Virus record (IMG/VR): IMGVR_UViG_3300025084_000011
Coordinates: 1 to 64,000 of that record
Source: a virus
Taxonomy: Duplodnaviria > Caudoviricetes
Reading direction: 5' to 3' (one strand)
DNA: 64,000 nucleotides
Position numbers and translations under genes: made by a program. Under the pieces are notes generated by a model. That model ran no database searches. It was not told the DNA's origin and saw nothing but the letters and a program-made list of their open reading frames with translations. Shown here piece by piece: positions 7,867-22,200 of the stretch (its first letter is position 1; the number at the start of each line of letters is the position of its first letter).

Positions 7867-10209
7867 ATGGCAGCACTACCATCAGAATTAACGTCACTAG
7901 ACTTCTTTGAGATCAAAGAATCTATCAGATCGTACCTGAGAACAAGAAAAGAGTTCACAGATTATGATTTTGAGGGTTCTGCGTCTTCATATCTCATTGA
8001 TATTTTAGCATATAACACTTATTACGCTTCGTTTACGGCAAACATGTCGATGAACGAGGCATTTTTGGAATCTGCGACTGTTAGAGATAACATTGTTCGG
8101 ATTGCAAAGCAAATTGGTTACACTCCTAGGTCTAAAAAAGGATCAAGAGCGTGTATTGGGATGACAACAGCAGCAACTTTGCTCCCTGGTGACCAATCTT
8201 TCCCATCATCTGTAACAATTAAGAAAGGTGATGCATTTGTTGCCAAGGTTGATGGCGATTCTTACATATTTTCTTTACTTTCTGACGTAGAAGCGAGCGT
8301 TGATCAGTCTACTGGTCTGGCAACCTTCAACAAGATGCTGGTATATCAAGGAAATCTGCTTACATACAGTTTTACTGTTGATGATACAAGGAAAGCGGAG
8401 TATGTTATCCCATCAGAAGACGTAGATACGGAGAGAATGAAGGTTTTTGTTCGTCCAAACGAGCAATCTGTGGAAGTTGATGAATATTCTCTGGCAAATA
8501 ACGTAACTTCACTTGAATCAACGTCAAGAAATTACTTCTTAGAGGAAACTGAGGACCTTAGATTCAAAATTACCTTTGGTGATGGTGTACTTGGTCGTAA
8601 ATTGATCGATAATGAGTACATCACCGTACAATATCTTGATACTGACGGTGAACAAGCGAATGGTGCGAAGAAATTTGGGTTTATTGGGCGTGCAGCGGAC
8701 TCTGTGGGTCGTCCAATCCTTCCTCAGGCGATTGAACTGACAACTATTGAGACATCTGCGGATGGTCAGGCACGGGAAACTGCATTAACAGTCAAATATC
8801 GCGCTCCGAAGTCATTCTCAGTACAGAATAGAGCAGTTACCGAAGGTGACTACGCATATTTGGTGTCTGAACTGTATCCACAGGCAGCATCAGTGACTGC
8901 ATACGGTGGTGAGAAACTAAATCCACCACAATATGGCAAAGTTTACGTTGCTGTAAGAACAAAGAGTGGTGTTAACCTTAACAACACTACTAAGAAGAGG
9001 ATCAAGAACCAGTTACTTGATTACTCTATGGCATCGATCCAACCTGAGATCGTTGATCCAAGAATCTTCTACATATCACCTACTATTCATCTTGCCTACA
9101 ACGGCAACAATACATCTAGGTCATCTAATGAACTGGCTGCTCAGGTACTGAGGTCTGTCGATAGATTTAACGCTCAGGAGCGTGATAGTAGATTCTCTGG
9201 TCGTCTAGAACCATCAAAGTTCAACGCTATGGTGGACTCTTCCGATTCTGCTATCAGTGGTACTACAACCCAAATGACCATGGGTCAGAACCTTGATCAG
9301 TTCACCTTTGGAAATCAATTCTCACAGTGTTTAGACTTCAACAACCCAATCACTAACCCGAACGATTACGGTGGCAGTGGAGGCGATCCTGGTGGGTCTG
9401 GTGGGGGTATTCCATGTTCAACCACTGCTGATTGTCCTGCTGGTCAAATCTGTATCAATGGCACATGTCAAGATGATCCGAATGGTGGCACTCCATGCTC
9501 TACTACTGCTGATTGTCCAGAAGGTCAGATCTGTGTGAATGGCACATGTCAACCCGATCCTAATTATAGAGGTGGTGATGGCAATCCAGGTGGTGGCGAT
9601 GGTGGTTCTTGTAAACCCAAGTTCTCTGCTGTTAAGAGTGGAACATTCTATGCTACTGGATATACCGAAGAGGTTGCTGACCTGATTGGTGCTGGTGAAG
9701 CAGCAGGATCTCTTATTACTGGCACTACCGTTAGCAACCCAGTTGCTGGTGGTAATACTAATCTGGAAGAAGTTGTTGCAAACTCCCAGATTGCCCAAAC
9801 AGCAACTCTTGTTCCTGTGAACATCAGAGATGATGGTCTTGGTAACCTGATGATGGTCACCAACAGAAATGAGAAAGAAGTGGTTCTTAACGATTTAGTT
9901 GGAACTGTGGATTATGAAAATGGTATTGTTTGTGTTGGCCCTATCAATGTAGGCGATACACCTGATGGTACAAATAGAATTCCTGTTGTAGTTTTACCTT
10001 CTACTGGACCTATTACAATCCCACCTGGCGTTGACCCCACAATCTTCGACCCCAAAGTGTTCCCAAGGGATATCAACACTAATCCTGGTGCTGTTGATGC
10101 CTTCGATCCATTCAGTTTTGGCGGATGGAACTACGGTGGTAGCAACATAAATACAATCACGTACCCCACTGGAACGTTCTCGTATCCAGAACTGGACTCC
10201 TGTTTCTAA
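7867..10209 (+). CDS. gp6: Baseplate wedge subunit gp6
   Basis: LDFFEIKESIRSYL..FTDYDFEGS, NEAFLESATVRDNIV.IAK.IGYTP and RAVT.GDY motifs. Confidence 0.93.
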   Translation: MAALPSELTSLDFFEIKESIRSYLRTRKEFTDYDFEGSASSYLIDILAYNTYYASFTANMSMNEAFLESATVRDNIVRIAKQIGYTPRSKKGSRACIGMTTAATLLPGDQSFPSSVTIKKGDAFVAKVDGDSYIFSLLSDVEASVDQSTGLATFNKMLVYQGNLLTYSFTVDDTRKAEYVIPSEDVDTERMKVFVRPNEQSVEVDEYSLANNVTSLESTSRNYFLEETEDLRFKITFGDGVLGRKLIDNEYITVQYLDTDGEQANGAKKFGFIGRAADSVGRPILPQAIELTTIETSADGQARETALTVKYRAPKSFSVQNRAVTEGDYAYLVSELYPQAASVTAYGGEKLNPPQYGKVYVAVRTKSGVNLNNTTKKRIKNQLLDYSMASIQPEIVDPRIFYISPTIHLAYNGNNTSRSSNELAAQVLRSVDRFNAQERDSRFSGRLEPSKFNAMVDSSDSAISGTTTQMTMGQNLDQFTFGNQFSQCLDFNNPITNPNDYGGSGGDPGGSGGGIPCSTTADCPAGQICINGTCQDDPNGGTPCSTTADCPEGQICVNGTCQPDPNYRGGDGNPGGGDGGSCKPKFSAVKSGTFYATGYTEEVADLIGAGEAAGSLITGTTVSNPVAGGNTNLEEVVANSQIAQTATLVPVNIRDDGLGNLMMVTNRNEKEVVLNDLVGTVDYENGIVCVGPINVGDTPDGTNRIPVVVLPSTGPITIPPGVDPTIFDPKVFPRDINTNPGAVDAFDPFSFGGWNYGGSNINTITYPTGTFSYPELDSCF
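9412..9564 (+). repeat. Tandem 81-nt (27-aa) Cys-rich repeat inside gp6
   Basis: PCSTTADCPAGQICINGTCQDDPN followed by PCSTTADCPEGQICVNGTCQPDPN, flanked by Gly-rich linkers. Confidence 0.9.
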
Positions 10210-10216
10210 GAGATAA

Positions 10217-13200
10217 ATGTTCGCAAAAACGATCAACATTTCTGACAGAGTTGCTAATCAACTCCCAGAATTCATCCGAAACGAAGATGAGCAACTTGTC
10301 AATTTCCTGATTGAATACTATAAATCTCAGGAAAAGACAGGTCGCCCATATAACGTACTTAATAATCTTATTAAGTATCTCGACTTAGACGAGTATGATC
10401 AGAAGATTCTTACATCGTCAACATCCTTGATTAAGGAAGTTGGGATTTATGATGAGGTCATTGAAGTAGAACAAATTGATGGATTCTTGCCTAGCAAGGG
10501 TTCTGTGATGATTGATAACGAGATCATCTATTATGATGAGACCGTTCGTGGTCCAGATGCTATTCTGACACCTGGTATCTCTCTTGAAGAGTTCAATAAG
10601 AAAAGACAAGCACTAGAATCACCTTGGGAACTGTTTGACGGAGCAAGAACTACATTCCCGCTAAAATTCTTAGGTACTCCTGTATCTGCCGTATCTGCTG
10701 ATCACCTTGCGGTAACAATTTATGGTGATCTGCTAATTCCTCAGGTTGATTACACTGTTTCTGGTAGTGAGATCACTCTGACAGTCCCACCCCGCGCAAG
10801 AACGGGTAATGATCAGGTAGAACTTACACAAATTCTGTATTATGTTGGATTTGCGGATTCTGTAATCAAGGATCTGGTGATTCCTGATGTCAATGATCTA
10901 GTGGGTCTTGACTCCACAACAATGGAGTATGATAGTTTACCATATTCCCCTATTGCTGAGATCGGTCTGATCATCAATAGGAATGCTGTCCTTCAACGTC
11001 CTTATCTGGACTATGTGTTGACGGACAACAACACAAAAATTAAGTTCTTTGTAAATATTTCAAATCAGGATACATTCCATATCCGCTCTATTGAATATGT
11101 TTCCCCAACTGTGGGTAGTGGTGCTAGTGCAGTTACCAGAGTTGGTGCTAGTGGTGAAATTGATAAGATCATCATCAAGGATGGTGGTAAAGGTTATCAA
11201 CTCAATTTTGCACCCAAACTATCAATCTACTCATCGACTGGCGTTGGTGAAGCATCAGCAGGTAGAACCCTAGTTAACGGTATCAAAGATTCCCAGTTGA
11301 TTAGAGGTGGTCAGGGTTACACTTCATACAACCCACCTGTTCTGAAAATCACTCCACCATCGGATTTGATCAACGGATCACAAGCAACAGCAGAAATCAC
11401 TGTTGATGATGACACTGGTATGGTGTCCAGCATCGAAATCACTAACTCAGGTTCTGGTTATGATTTCATTCCTGCAATTACATTCTTAAATCCTGATGGT
11501 GCTGAAATCAGTAGTCCTGAGATTGATTCTGAGGGTCGTTTGGTTCCAGCATCTATCGCTGTGACTCAGGGTGGTATTGGTTATAGCAATCCTCCTGAAA
11601 TCTACATTGATGCTGCACCTGACGGTGGTATCAATGCTGCTGCTACCTGTACCGTTGCTCCTAATGGGCAGATTGTATCTGTAACTATCACTAATAGAGG
11701 TAGAGGGTACCTGACACCCCCAAGAGCGCGTGTGATCCAACCAGTGGGCGCACAGGTGCTTGATATCACCGTTGCGAACGGCAATGTAACTAACATCAAT
11801 TTGCTGACTGGCGGTAAAGGTTACTTAGATGCACCTTCTGTGTACATTGTGGACGATCGTAAGGGTCCATTGAATGAACCTATTGGTGGCACGGGTGCTG
11901 AGGCAGTAGCAACCATCTTCAACGGTGAGATTACTGATATCAACATCGTTAACTTTGGTACTGGGTATTCTGATACTGAACCACCTAAGGTTTACATCGC
12001 ATCTCCCGCTTCTGCACAAGCATCTTGTGATGTTGGTTTCGGTGAAGTGACTGGTTTCACTATTTTGTCTGCTGGACGTAAATATGAACCATCAGCACTG
12101 ACTGGATGTGCTCGTGGTGTATCTGATGTTGCAACTTTCGACAATTACGCTAACCAGATCTATGCAAAAGAGAGTCAACTGACTCAAAGCAGTCACCCTG
12201 CTGAATCTGTTGTCAATAACCTTGACAGCATGATCATTAAGCAAGTATTCGACAAGTTCCGTCGTCAATACATGCCCACAATCAATCTTGACTACTCTCA
12301 GGTTAATCCTGTACTGGTTATTAAGAAGATTAAGGACTTCTACCTGTCTAAGGGTACAAAAAAAGCAACGCAGTACCTATTTAAGATTCTCTTCGGTGAA
12401 GAGATCGATGTGTACTATCCTAGGGATGAGATGATCACCCCTTCTGCGGCATCTTGGGTTGTTGACACCATTTTGCGAGCAGAATTGATTTCTGGCGATC
12501 CAGCAAACCTGAAAGACTCTCAGTTGGTGCAGATTGCGGATGAAGTTGACCAGAATATCAAAGATGCGTCAGTTCTGATCGAAAACGTCATCTCCATCAT
12601 CGAAGGTACGGATATTATCTATGAATTGGCAATTTCAGAGGAAACACTGAACGGCGAATTCAAGATTCCATATAAAACAGTTCTTGTAGAACCATTAGAC
12701 ACTACTGGTGGTATTATTACGGTTGACTCCACTATTGGATGGCCAGAAAAGAACGGTACCATCATTATTGATGATAATGAGATTGTACAGTATAAAGATA
12801 AGTCACTAAACCAATTTATTGAGTGTACTCGCTCCAAAAACGGAGTTGTAGAGGATTGGGACCCTGGTACAATCATTCATTCTGATATTTTCGTATATGC
12901 CAACCGTGGACAAGAGACAGAAGTACAACTTCGCATTCTGGGTATTGCAGAAGCAGGAACTACTGTTCTCGAAGATAGTGGTTCCTATTATCTGCCTGGT
13001 GACAAACTAAATGTTGCTGCATTGGGTTCTACCGACCAAGATGAGCGTCTACAATCCTGGTTGTACAACGTTAAGAAACTTATTAAGGTTTCTCAGATCA
13101 TTCCTGGTGGTTTGAACAGAACTGCAACCGTAACTTGCGAAAACCCACATGGTTTGCTAGTTGAGGACACTGTTACCATCTATGGTGCAAACCCTGCTGT

Positions 13201-16200
13201 ATATAATGGTACATTTGAGGTTACTGCTCGTCTTGACGACTTTACATTCTCTTATCTGATTCCAGTACCAACAGCGATCGAACCACAAGGTAATATCCTC
13301 CTATCTGTTGACCTAAACAGAGGTAAGTCTACTCAGAGCACGATCAACGAAGTGATCTCTCTGTTTACCTCTAACGTACAGAACTCATTCTTCAATAATG
13401 ACTTTGTTTACGTTGCAGCATCAGGTCTGCCCAACTATAAGGTCGGTCCTTTCAGTGGATCTGCACTTATCCCTGGTAACCAGCGTAAACTGCTGAGATT
13501 CCCTAGAACTGTCAATACAGTTTCAACTAGAACTACGGTATTACCAAATACACCAATTGGTGCATGGGTTAACGGTGTATCTGCATGGGGTTACAAGGAT
13601 CAGGAGTTTGTAACTTTCGGTCCTCTTACTGGTATCGATATTACCAACACTGGCGAAGAGTATGATGCTGGTTCTACACCTACACTAGAAATTACTGGTG
13701 GTGGTGGTTCAGGTGCTGTTGCATCAGTCATTGTTAATGGTTCTTTGAGTACAGTTGATGTACTCACCCAAGGAACTGGATATACTACACAACCTTTGAT
13801 CTCAATTGTTGGTGGTGGTGGTTCAGGTGCTACTGCACAAGCAGTTGTGACAAACGGTCGTGTAACTCGTGTCTTGGTGGGTAACCCTGGTACAGGGTAT
13901 ACATCACAACCTACAATCTCCATCACTGGTGGTGGTGGTTCTGGTGCTACTGCAATTGCACAAGTTCGTGGTGCTATTTCTGGTGTTAACATCCTATCCA
14001 GAGGAACTGGATATACTTCCACACCAACACTGAAACTGAACTCTGGTGAAGGTGCTTTGGCACAACCCATTGTTATCAATGGTCGTATTGTATCTGTTGC
14101 TATCATTAACTCTGGTGATGGGTATACTACTGCTCCTACCGTATACATCAATGGTGATGGTTTCGGTGCTAAGGCAACTGCTGTTATCGGCACCCTTGGT
14201 GAAGACAAAGGTAAGGTTATCTCAGTCAGTATCACCAACAAAGGTGTTGGATATACTCAGGGTAATACTACTGTCCGTATGGAAGCAGTTGGACAACTTG
14301 CAACATTCAATGCAAATGTGTTCCAATGGAATAAGAACTTAGAGTATAACCTCAGCACTAAGTATGACATTGCTCGTGGTTATGTCTTTACTGGATTTAA
14401 CAACCAGTATGGTGGTGAGTATGCACACGTATCTGACCCCAAAGAACTCCGTTATGTGGTTGGCGACAACGTAATCCTTGATCCTGAAACCAATACCTTC
14501 AAAGAAGAAGGTACTGAGACTGGTGCTGCTATTTCTCACTCACCCATTCTGGGTTGGGCGTTTGATGGTAACCCAATCTATGGTCCTTATGGTTATATCG
14601 ATCCTACTGATCAGAACGGTGGTATCAGAAGAATGCGTTCTTCTTACAGACTGAAAACTAATGTAGTTTATGATGTTGATACAAACCCAGAACCTGCTCG
14701 TATTGATGGTCCTGTACTTGCTGACTATCCTGCTGGACAGTTTGTTGATGACTATGAGTATGCATTCCAAGAAGGAGATCTAGACCCATACAACGGTCGT
14801 TTCTGTAAGACACCTGATTATCCTGATGGTACATATTGCTACTTCATCACAATTGATGCATCAGAAGCAGGTCTTCCAGTATTCCCTTACATCATCGGTC
14901 CTGAGTTCAACTCAATTGTTGATACTTGGAACCTGAGTCAGAGTGCAGTACAAGAGAACATCCCTCAGGATGTGTCTCGTTTTAGAGATCCATATGAAGA
15001 AGTTGACATCGACATTGAGCGTCAACCCAACCAACAGTCAGATCAACTGGTTACAGAGAAGGAAGGAGACCTTATCCTTTTTGAAACTTCTGACATAGAT
15101 AATGATGGTATCATTTCTCCTGCTGAGATCGCCACTAATCTGGTGATGACAGAAGAAGCAGCACTTCAAATCTATGATTATTTCCCAAGAGTTTCGACAG
15201 AATCCAGAGTCGATATTGAAGTTGAGACAACAACGAAATTTGAGAATGCTCAGATCGATGGTTTTGTTATTGAAAATTCTGGTGTTTCCTATCAAGTTAA
15301 CGATACACTATTTTTCGACAACACTGGAACGGATGGTTTTGGTGCCTCTGCACAAGTCGAGTCTGTTCAGGGTGCTAGTATCGCAGCATATAGTAAGGAA
15401 GTCATCAACGACATCCCCTACGGCAAAATCACAACATCAACAGACCACGAACTAATTGGACAAGACGAGATCATCGTCAGTTCTAGGGTCATCACTGAGA
15501 ATACCAACAAGAGATTCTACATGTCTGTGGTTACAGGCATTGACTCCATTTTGGTATCACAAACTGGTATTGGTTATAATGAGGCAATTCCACCATCTTA
15601 TGAAATCATTACACCGTCTGGACAAGACGTTGAACTTGATATTGTACTAGATCTTACTACTGGTAAGGTTGATACTGTTAATATCGTCAACTCTGGTTTT
15701 AATTATGATACTGAGAATACTCCTCAGATCAGAGTTTCACACCCACAGAGATTCAAGAAGACTTATTACTGGTCCACTTCATTTGCTGAAAGTGCAGACT
15801 GTAAGTTTGAGATCACTGACTCTGTTGTATCGGCAGAGCGTAACCTGTATATCTGTGGTCAAATCACAAAACCTAATGGTGATTCAGCAGCATTCGTTGC
15901 TAAATTCAACGACCTAGGTAATGTTGTCTGGGATAGAACTTTACTTCCTAGTTCAGCAATCAAGGTGGCACGTTGGAAGAAGATGTATCTGGATGAGACC
16001 AGTGAAGAGAATGATCTCATTTATCTGATTGGTGAAACTGAATCTCAGGGAACTGCAAACCGTAATCCTGATATTTTAGTTGCCAAGTATGAATCTGGTC
16101 TTGATAATGCTAACAATCCAGAAGGCATCGTTAGATGGCAGAAAGAAATTGCTGGTGTATCTGGTTCTACTCGTCGTGACTATGCTGGTGACATCTATCT

Positions 16201-19200
16201 AGATGCAGACCAACGTGTGTACATCTGTGGTTGGACAGACACTAACTCACCTGATCCTGATGACATTTGGATCATTCAACTGAATAGTTTCGGTGATCTG
16301 ATCGAGAAACGTAAGTTTGCTTCGGATTCCGAAGGTGAGCAGATGTATCAACTGCATTTCATCGGTGACAACAAACTTGTCTTTGCTGGTATTGATAAAG
16401 ACAACAATGATCTGCTGTTTGGTGAAATGGAGTACGATGGTGCAAACATCGAATTCACATATGTCAAACGTCTTGCAATTTCTGGTGGTGATGTACAAAA
16501 TCCACAGTTTGTGCTTGATGAGTACGATGATCTGTTCTTTGTATGTGATATGTGGAATGGCACCAAGAATTATGGTGTTGCATTCTTCAAGATTGCAATG
16601 TCACAGATCAAACTGGTGGTTGCAAGTCCAGAATGGCAATTTGCCAAGATTATGGCACCAACAGTCCAATTTGAGTCTGTTAAACATGCTGGCATCACTC
16701 TTGACATCTTTGGCAACGTTAACGTGGTCACAGAGATCAAATATGAAGATAATAACCTGACTGCTAACATTGCAAGTTTCAAATATGATGGAACACTGCT
16801 AAATCAGTCTGATGTTTGGAAGACTGCTAATGATATTGGTTTTACAACACATACTCATGCTGTTGATAACTCTGGTGACATTATTCTGAGTTGCAATACT
16901 CAAAATGCTGATCAAACCATTGTTCATCGCTTTGAGAATGCTGATAACTTGGTTGAAGACTCAACTAAGCAAGAAATTCCTACAATCACAGTATTGAATG
17001 CTGCTAACGCTGCACATGATACTACCGACTATAAGTTTGGTTCTGGATCATTAGATTTCACTGCTCTTAACCGTATTCAGTGGGAAGATCTGAATATCAC
17101 TACTGACTGGACTGTTGGTATGTGGGTTCAGATGGATTCTGCCCATGACAGCAGTAATGCTACTGTTGAGATGATTACAGCAGTTGCTGATACTGGCGGA
17201 ACCGTTCGTTTCACGATTGAAGGTAATTCAGGTCTTGCTAACTACGGTAAGGTTGCATTGCAACTAACTCCTGCTGGTGCTGCCACTACCACAGTATGGT
17301 CTGTTGGTTCTACCTATTGGGCAGCATTATCTGACAACACTTGGCATCATATTGCATTTGTTAAGGAAGAACCTTCCTTGGGTTCATATGTATACTCATG
17401 CTACTTCGATGGCGTCATTGTTGCCACTACAACAACCACTGAGAACATCGTACTGAATGATTTGTATGTTGGTGCTGAGGTTGCATCTCCTGCTACTGCT
17501 AACTGCTTCATTGGTAATATCGATGATCTTATCGTTGATCCTAAGGCAGTATATACTACTGCATCGTTCACACTGCCTACCGAGAGATATAGAATCACTT
17601 CTGCTGACAGTAGCATTGAACTAATCAAGTTTGATAGACTGCATAGCAAGAGAGGTACATATACCCCCACCAGCGCCACCAGAAGCGGCGAGAACCTGCG
17701 TATTGAGGACATTGACTCTGGAACTGCGGGTATCAATGTAAATACGATTTCTAACCCTGTAATCACAATCTGGTCGGTTGGTTCTTCGGGTTTACAGATT
17801 CTTGACTACTCTGATGTAACATCTACACTAGCACCTGGCACTTTCAACTTTGTAACCGATAGATTCACTTACGAGACTAAGACATCTACTATTCCTACTC
17901 CTTTGGGTAGAAAACTGATCCTAGATCCGATTGTCCTTCCAAAATACTATATTAGGGATGCTGGTTATCAGAAGATCGATGCTGTTAAGGAATTTACATT
18001 CAACCAGGATATCAAGTTCGAGAAAGGTTCAATTATCCAACAAACCAATGCTCAGGGTGTTGTCCAAGCATTTGGTACCATTGTTGAGGTCCCAGTCGGC
18101 AGTATTGACGATCCTGGCGTTGGTACTACCTATAAAGTAGGTAAAATCTACGGCAACTTCAATAATACTGATCTGTTCCAAAATGACCTTGGTGAGACTA
18201 ATACTATTGAGGAAATTTCGTTTGAAGTCTCTCGTCCACAAACTGCATGGGAAGCAGGTAAGGCATATGCTGTAAATGACCAAGTTTGGTCAGATGACAA
18301 GATTTACTATGCAACTAACAATGCAACTTCTGGTGTAACCGAACCTACTCATACTATCGGTGCAGTAACCGATGGTGCTGTGGTTTGGCAATTTATTAGC
18401 GATGCTCCAAACATTGAAGTTAATCTTCTGGACTATCCATGGCCTGTGCCAACTGATGCTACCCCTTGGGCAGAAACCAGATCATATCAACTTGATGATA
18501 CTGTATACTTCGGTAGAAACAAATATACCTGTACAGTTGCTGGTACCACTGGTACAACCGCACCAACCCATACATCAGGAACAGCGACGGATAATTCCGT
18601 TACATGGACATACACTAGTACATATGATCCACTTTATAACTATGCTAGGTTCCGTCCTACTAATGTTCTCGATTATAGAGTAACTATTCTGAATACTTTC
18701 AGTGGTTCTGACTTTATTGTTGGAGACGTGGTTTCCCTTGGCAATAGCGTGAATGCTGGTCCTAAGGAAGACACTAATAACAAAATTGCAGAAGTAAGTG
18801 GTCTATCTAGTGTTAAGACTATTCGTGTTACTGTAAACCTGAATAAGGACATTGTTAGAACATCAGAAGCGAATACAGACCTTATCTATTGTTCTGCACT
18901 CTCTCCACACAACTTTAAGACTAATGACATCCTCTTTGTTGAAGGATTTACAACTGCTGAGTTTAACGGTTCATTCTTCGTAAAAGAGGTCTTCTCTTCC
19001 AGAGATTTCACTTACAGAATGAGAGCAATTGCTACTGGCGAACCTGCTTTCCAGCAAAACGCTATTGCAAGAGTTAAGATTGCTTCTAAGCACCCAACCT
19101 TGCTTCTGGTCAGAAATCACTCTTATATCTTTGATATGAGTGATATATCTAACTTTGGGTACTATCTGTCGTTTGCACAAGATAACCAGTTCAAACTGGA

Positions 19201-22200
19201 ATACTCTTTCAACGTAATCGAGCGTGAAGGCACTCCTGGTCTTTCTTCCGCTACTGAGACCCCTGTGGTCAAGTTTACGATCGGTGGTGAAGTTACTAAC
19301 ATCACTTACTACTTTGACCCATCTAGAACAACTGATACATCACCAGTTGGAGAAAACTCCTTCATTGACGTTATTAAGACACCATTTGATGGTAGATTCC
19401 AGATTAGCGAAGTTATCTCGGATACTGAGTTTAGATTCCCTCTTCTTACCGAACCTGAGTTCACTAATGCTGAAATCGGTCTGAATGATAGAGATGTTCC
19501 TAATACCATCTATTCAACGACTTCTACCAAAGCAATCGGTCCTATCAACTCGATTCGACTAATTTCACCTGGTGGATTCTATAAGAAACTCCCAATCATC
19601 TCTGATATTGCTTCTGATCGTAAGATCGAGAAACTGCGTATCACTGCTGCTGGTACTGAGTATGCACCTGGTGTATACACTCAGATCAGTATTGATGGTG
19701 ATGGTGAAGGTGCTTTGTGTAATATCACTGTTGAACTTGATGCTGAGACTGGATCTGGTGCTATCAGCGATGTTGCACTTACTGATCCTGGTAAAGGTTA
19801 TACCTTCGCTACTATTGACATCGATGGTATCCCTGGAATCCTTGGAGCAACATTGGCAGGTTCTGGTGGTGCCATCGAGGTTGTCATTCCTGATGAAGGT
19901 ACTGGTGCTGCTGTATTCTTAACAGGTACTCAGATTGGTAAGATCAAGACTCTGAAAAACAATGAGTTTGGTTATGGTTACTCCCATGACTATACTCTCC
20001 GTCCTGAGATTGCATTCCCAATCAACCTTCAACTGTTCAACACTTCTATTCTTTCACAGATCAAGATCACTAATCCTGGTGCTGGTTATACCTCTGCACC
20101 TGCTGTTCTGATCTCTGGTGGTGGTGGTGTTAATGCAGAAGCAGAGGCAGTTGTCAAGAACAACAGACTTTCTGAAATTCTGATCAAGAACCCTGGTTCT
20201 GGTTACTCTTCACAACCTATTGTTACCCTGAAATCAGAGTTCACATACGTTGTGAACCTTGACCTCAACTATTTGCAGTTCAACTTCCCACATGGTATTA
20301 CCACTGGTGCTGAGGTTCAGTTCCGTGCTGATAACATCGGTTCAACAGAAGGCATCCTGCCGAAACCCAGTAGCGTTGGTTTGACCAGTTTGTCTGCTAG
20401 TCAGACTTACTATGCTATTGCTGGTGATGCAAACGGTCTTGAATCCGATCAACTTAGATTCGGTCTGACCCCAGTTGATGCTGAGTCTGGTAACTTCATC
20501 ACATTCTTGACCCAAGGTGATGGTCGTCAGGTTCTTCTTACCGAGGTGTTCGGTGGACAAGCAGAAGCAGTGGTTGAAACTTCCAGATTCTTGGAAGGTG
20601 AGCAAGTGTTCCAAGGCGAAACCTTCGAGACTGCAACTGCATTTGGTATCGTTTCTGAAAACGATGGTTGGCAGATTCAACCTAAGATCCTTAAAGTTAC
20701 CAATCCTGACGGAGACTTCGTTGTTGGTGGTAAAGTTCAAGGTATCATTTCTCGCGCTTCTGGTGTCATCGACAACCTGAACATCGCTAAGGGTGTTCTG
20801 AACATTGATGCTATCACTAAGACTGCTGGTAGATTTACTGATGACGTTGGCAAACCTTCTGAAATTGTTCAGAAGATTCAAGACTCGTTCTTCTATCAGA
20901 ACTTCTCCTACGTTATTAAGTCTCAGATTCCTATCAACAAGTGGAAGAATCAGATTCTGGAAAACAACCACCCAGTTGGTTTCAGCATGTTCGGTCAGTT
21001 AGAACTGACTGGTGGTAAGGATATCTCTGGTCGTAAGGTTGCTGCTGACTTCACTAAGCAAGTTAACATCAATGAGTATACTAATGTCAATGAGATTACC
21101 TCATTCGGCGCTGCTCAACCAATCTATTCAACCTTCAATAACTCCGAAGTTCTCTTCCGTAAGAAGAGACTGACTAACTCTGAGGAAATTCTTACATCTA
21201 TCGTTAAGAAGATTGATAGTATTTCTTCTCAGTTCGATGGTGTCACTAAGGCATTCCCAATTACAGTTGAAGGCAATCAAGTAATTGTTAACGAGAATCA
21301 ACTTCTTGTTACTTTGAATGGTGTTATCCAATCACCAGGCAATGCATATAATGTGGTGGGTGGTTCTATTGTGTTCTCAGAAGCACCTAGACCTGACTCC
21401 AAAGTGGTTTATAGGAATATCTCTTTTGATATTATGCCTATCACCAGATTGAATCTGAATACTATTGCTGGTATCTTCCCATCAATTGGTGACACAGTTA
21501 ATGGATTCACAACTCAAACAACAGCAAGAGTTGTTGCAACTGGTGCAACTAGTATCGACGTTGTAGACATCGGTTCTGGAACTGGAACATTCGATCTGAA
21601 TGAGAGAGTTGACGTTGGTAGAACTGGGTTTAGTGCTCTTATCGGAAGTATCGATAAGTCATTCACTAAACTGTTCTTACAGAGTATTGGTGGTACATTC
21701 GGAACAATTTTAATCGGAGATATTGTAACAGGCCAAACAACTGGTGCAAGAGCAACTGTAACCTCTATTGATCTTACTGATCAGAGCATCCAAGTGACAG
21801 ACATGTCTAATGGATACTTCGACCGTGGTGAGGATATACAATTCTTTGCCGCTGGTTATGGCGCTAACATCTTGAATGTTGATAGTGTTAACTATAAGAC
21901 TATCTTTGAGTTTGGCGAATCTCTTACAGGTCTTGACAATGATACTGCTATTGTTGAAGAGACCAACCTTGACCTTGATGGTAACGTCTCTGATAAGTTG
22001 GTATTGTCCAAGACCTCAGGAACTGCTGAGTATGAGACTGGTGCATACAACCTTCTTCTCAATGATATCTTCTATTCTGCTTCATCTAACATTGCTGGTC
22101 GTATCACACAGATCTCACCTTATAGAGATCCCATCACGAGCATCAATATCGAACGTCCTTCTACCGTTACTGGCGAATGGGCATCCTTCCAAGAAGGTGA

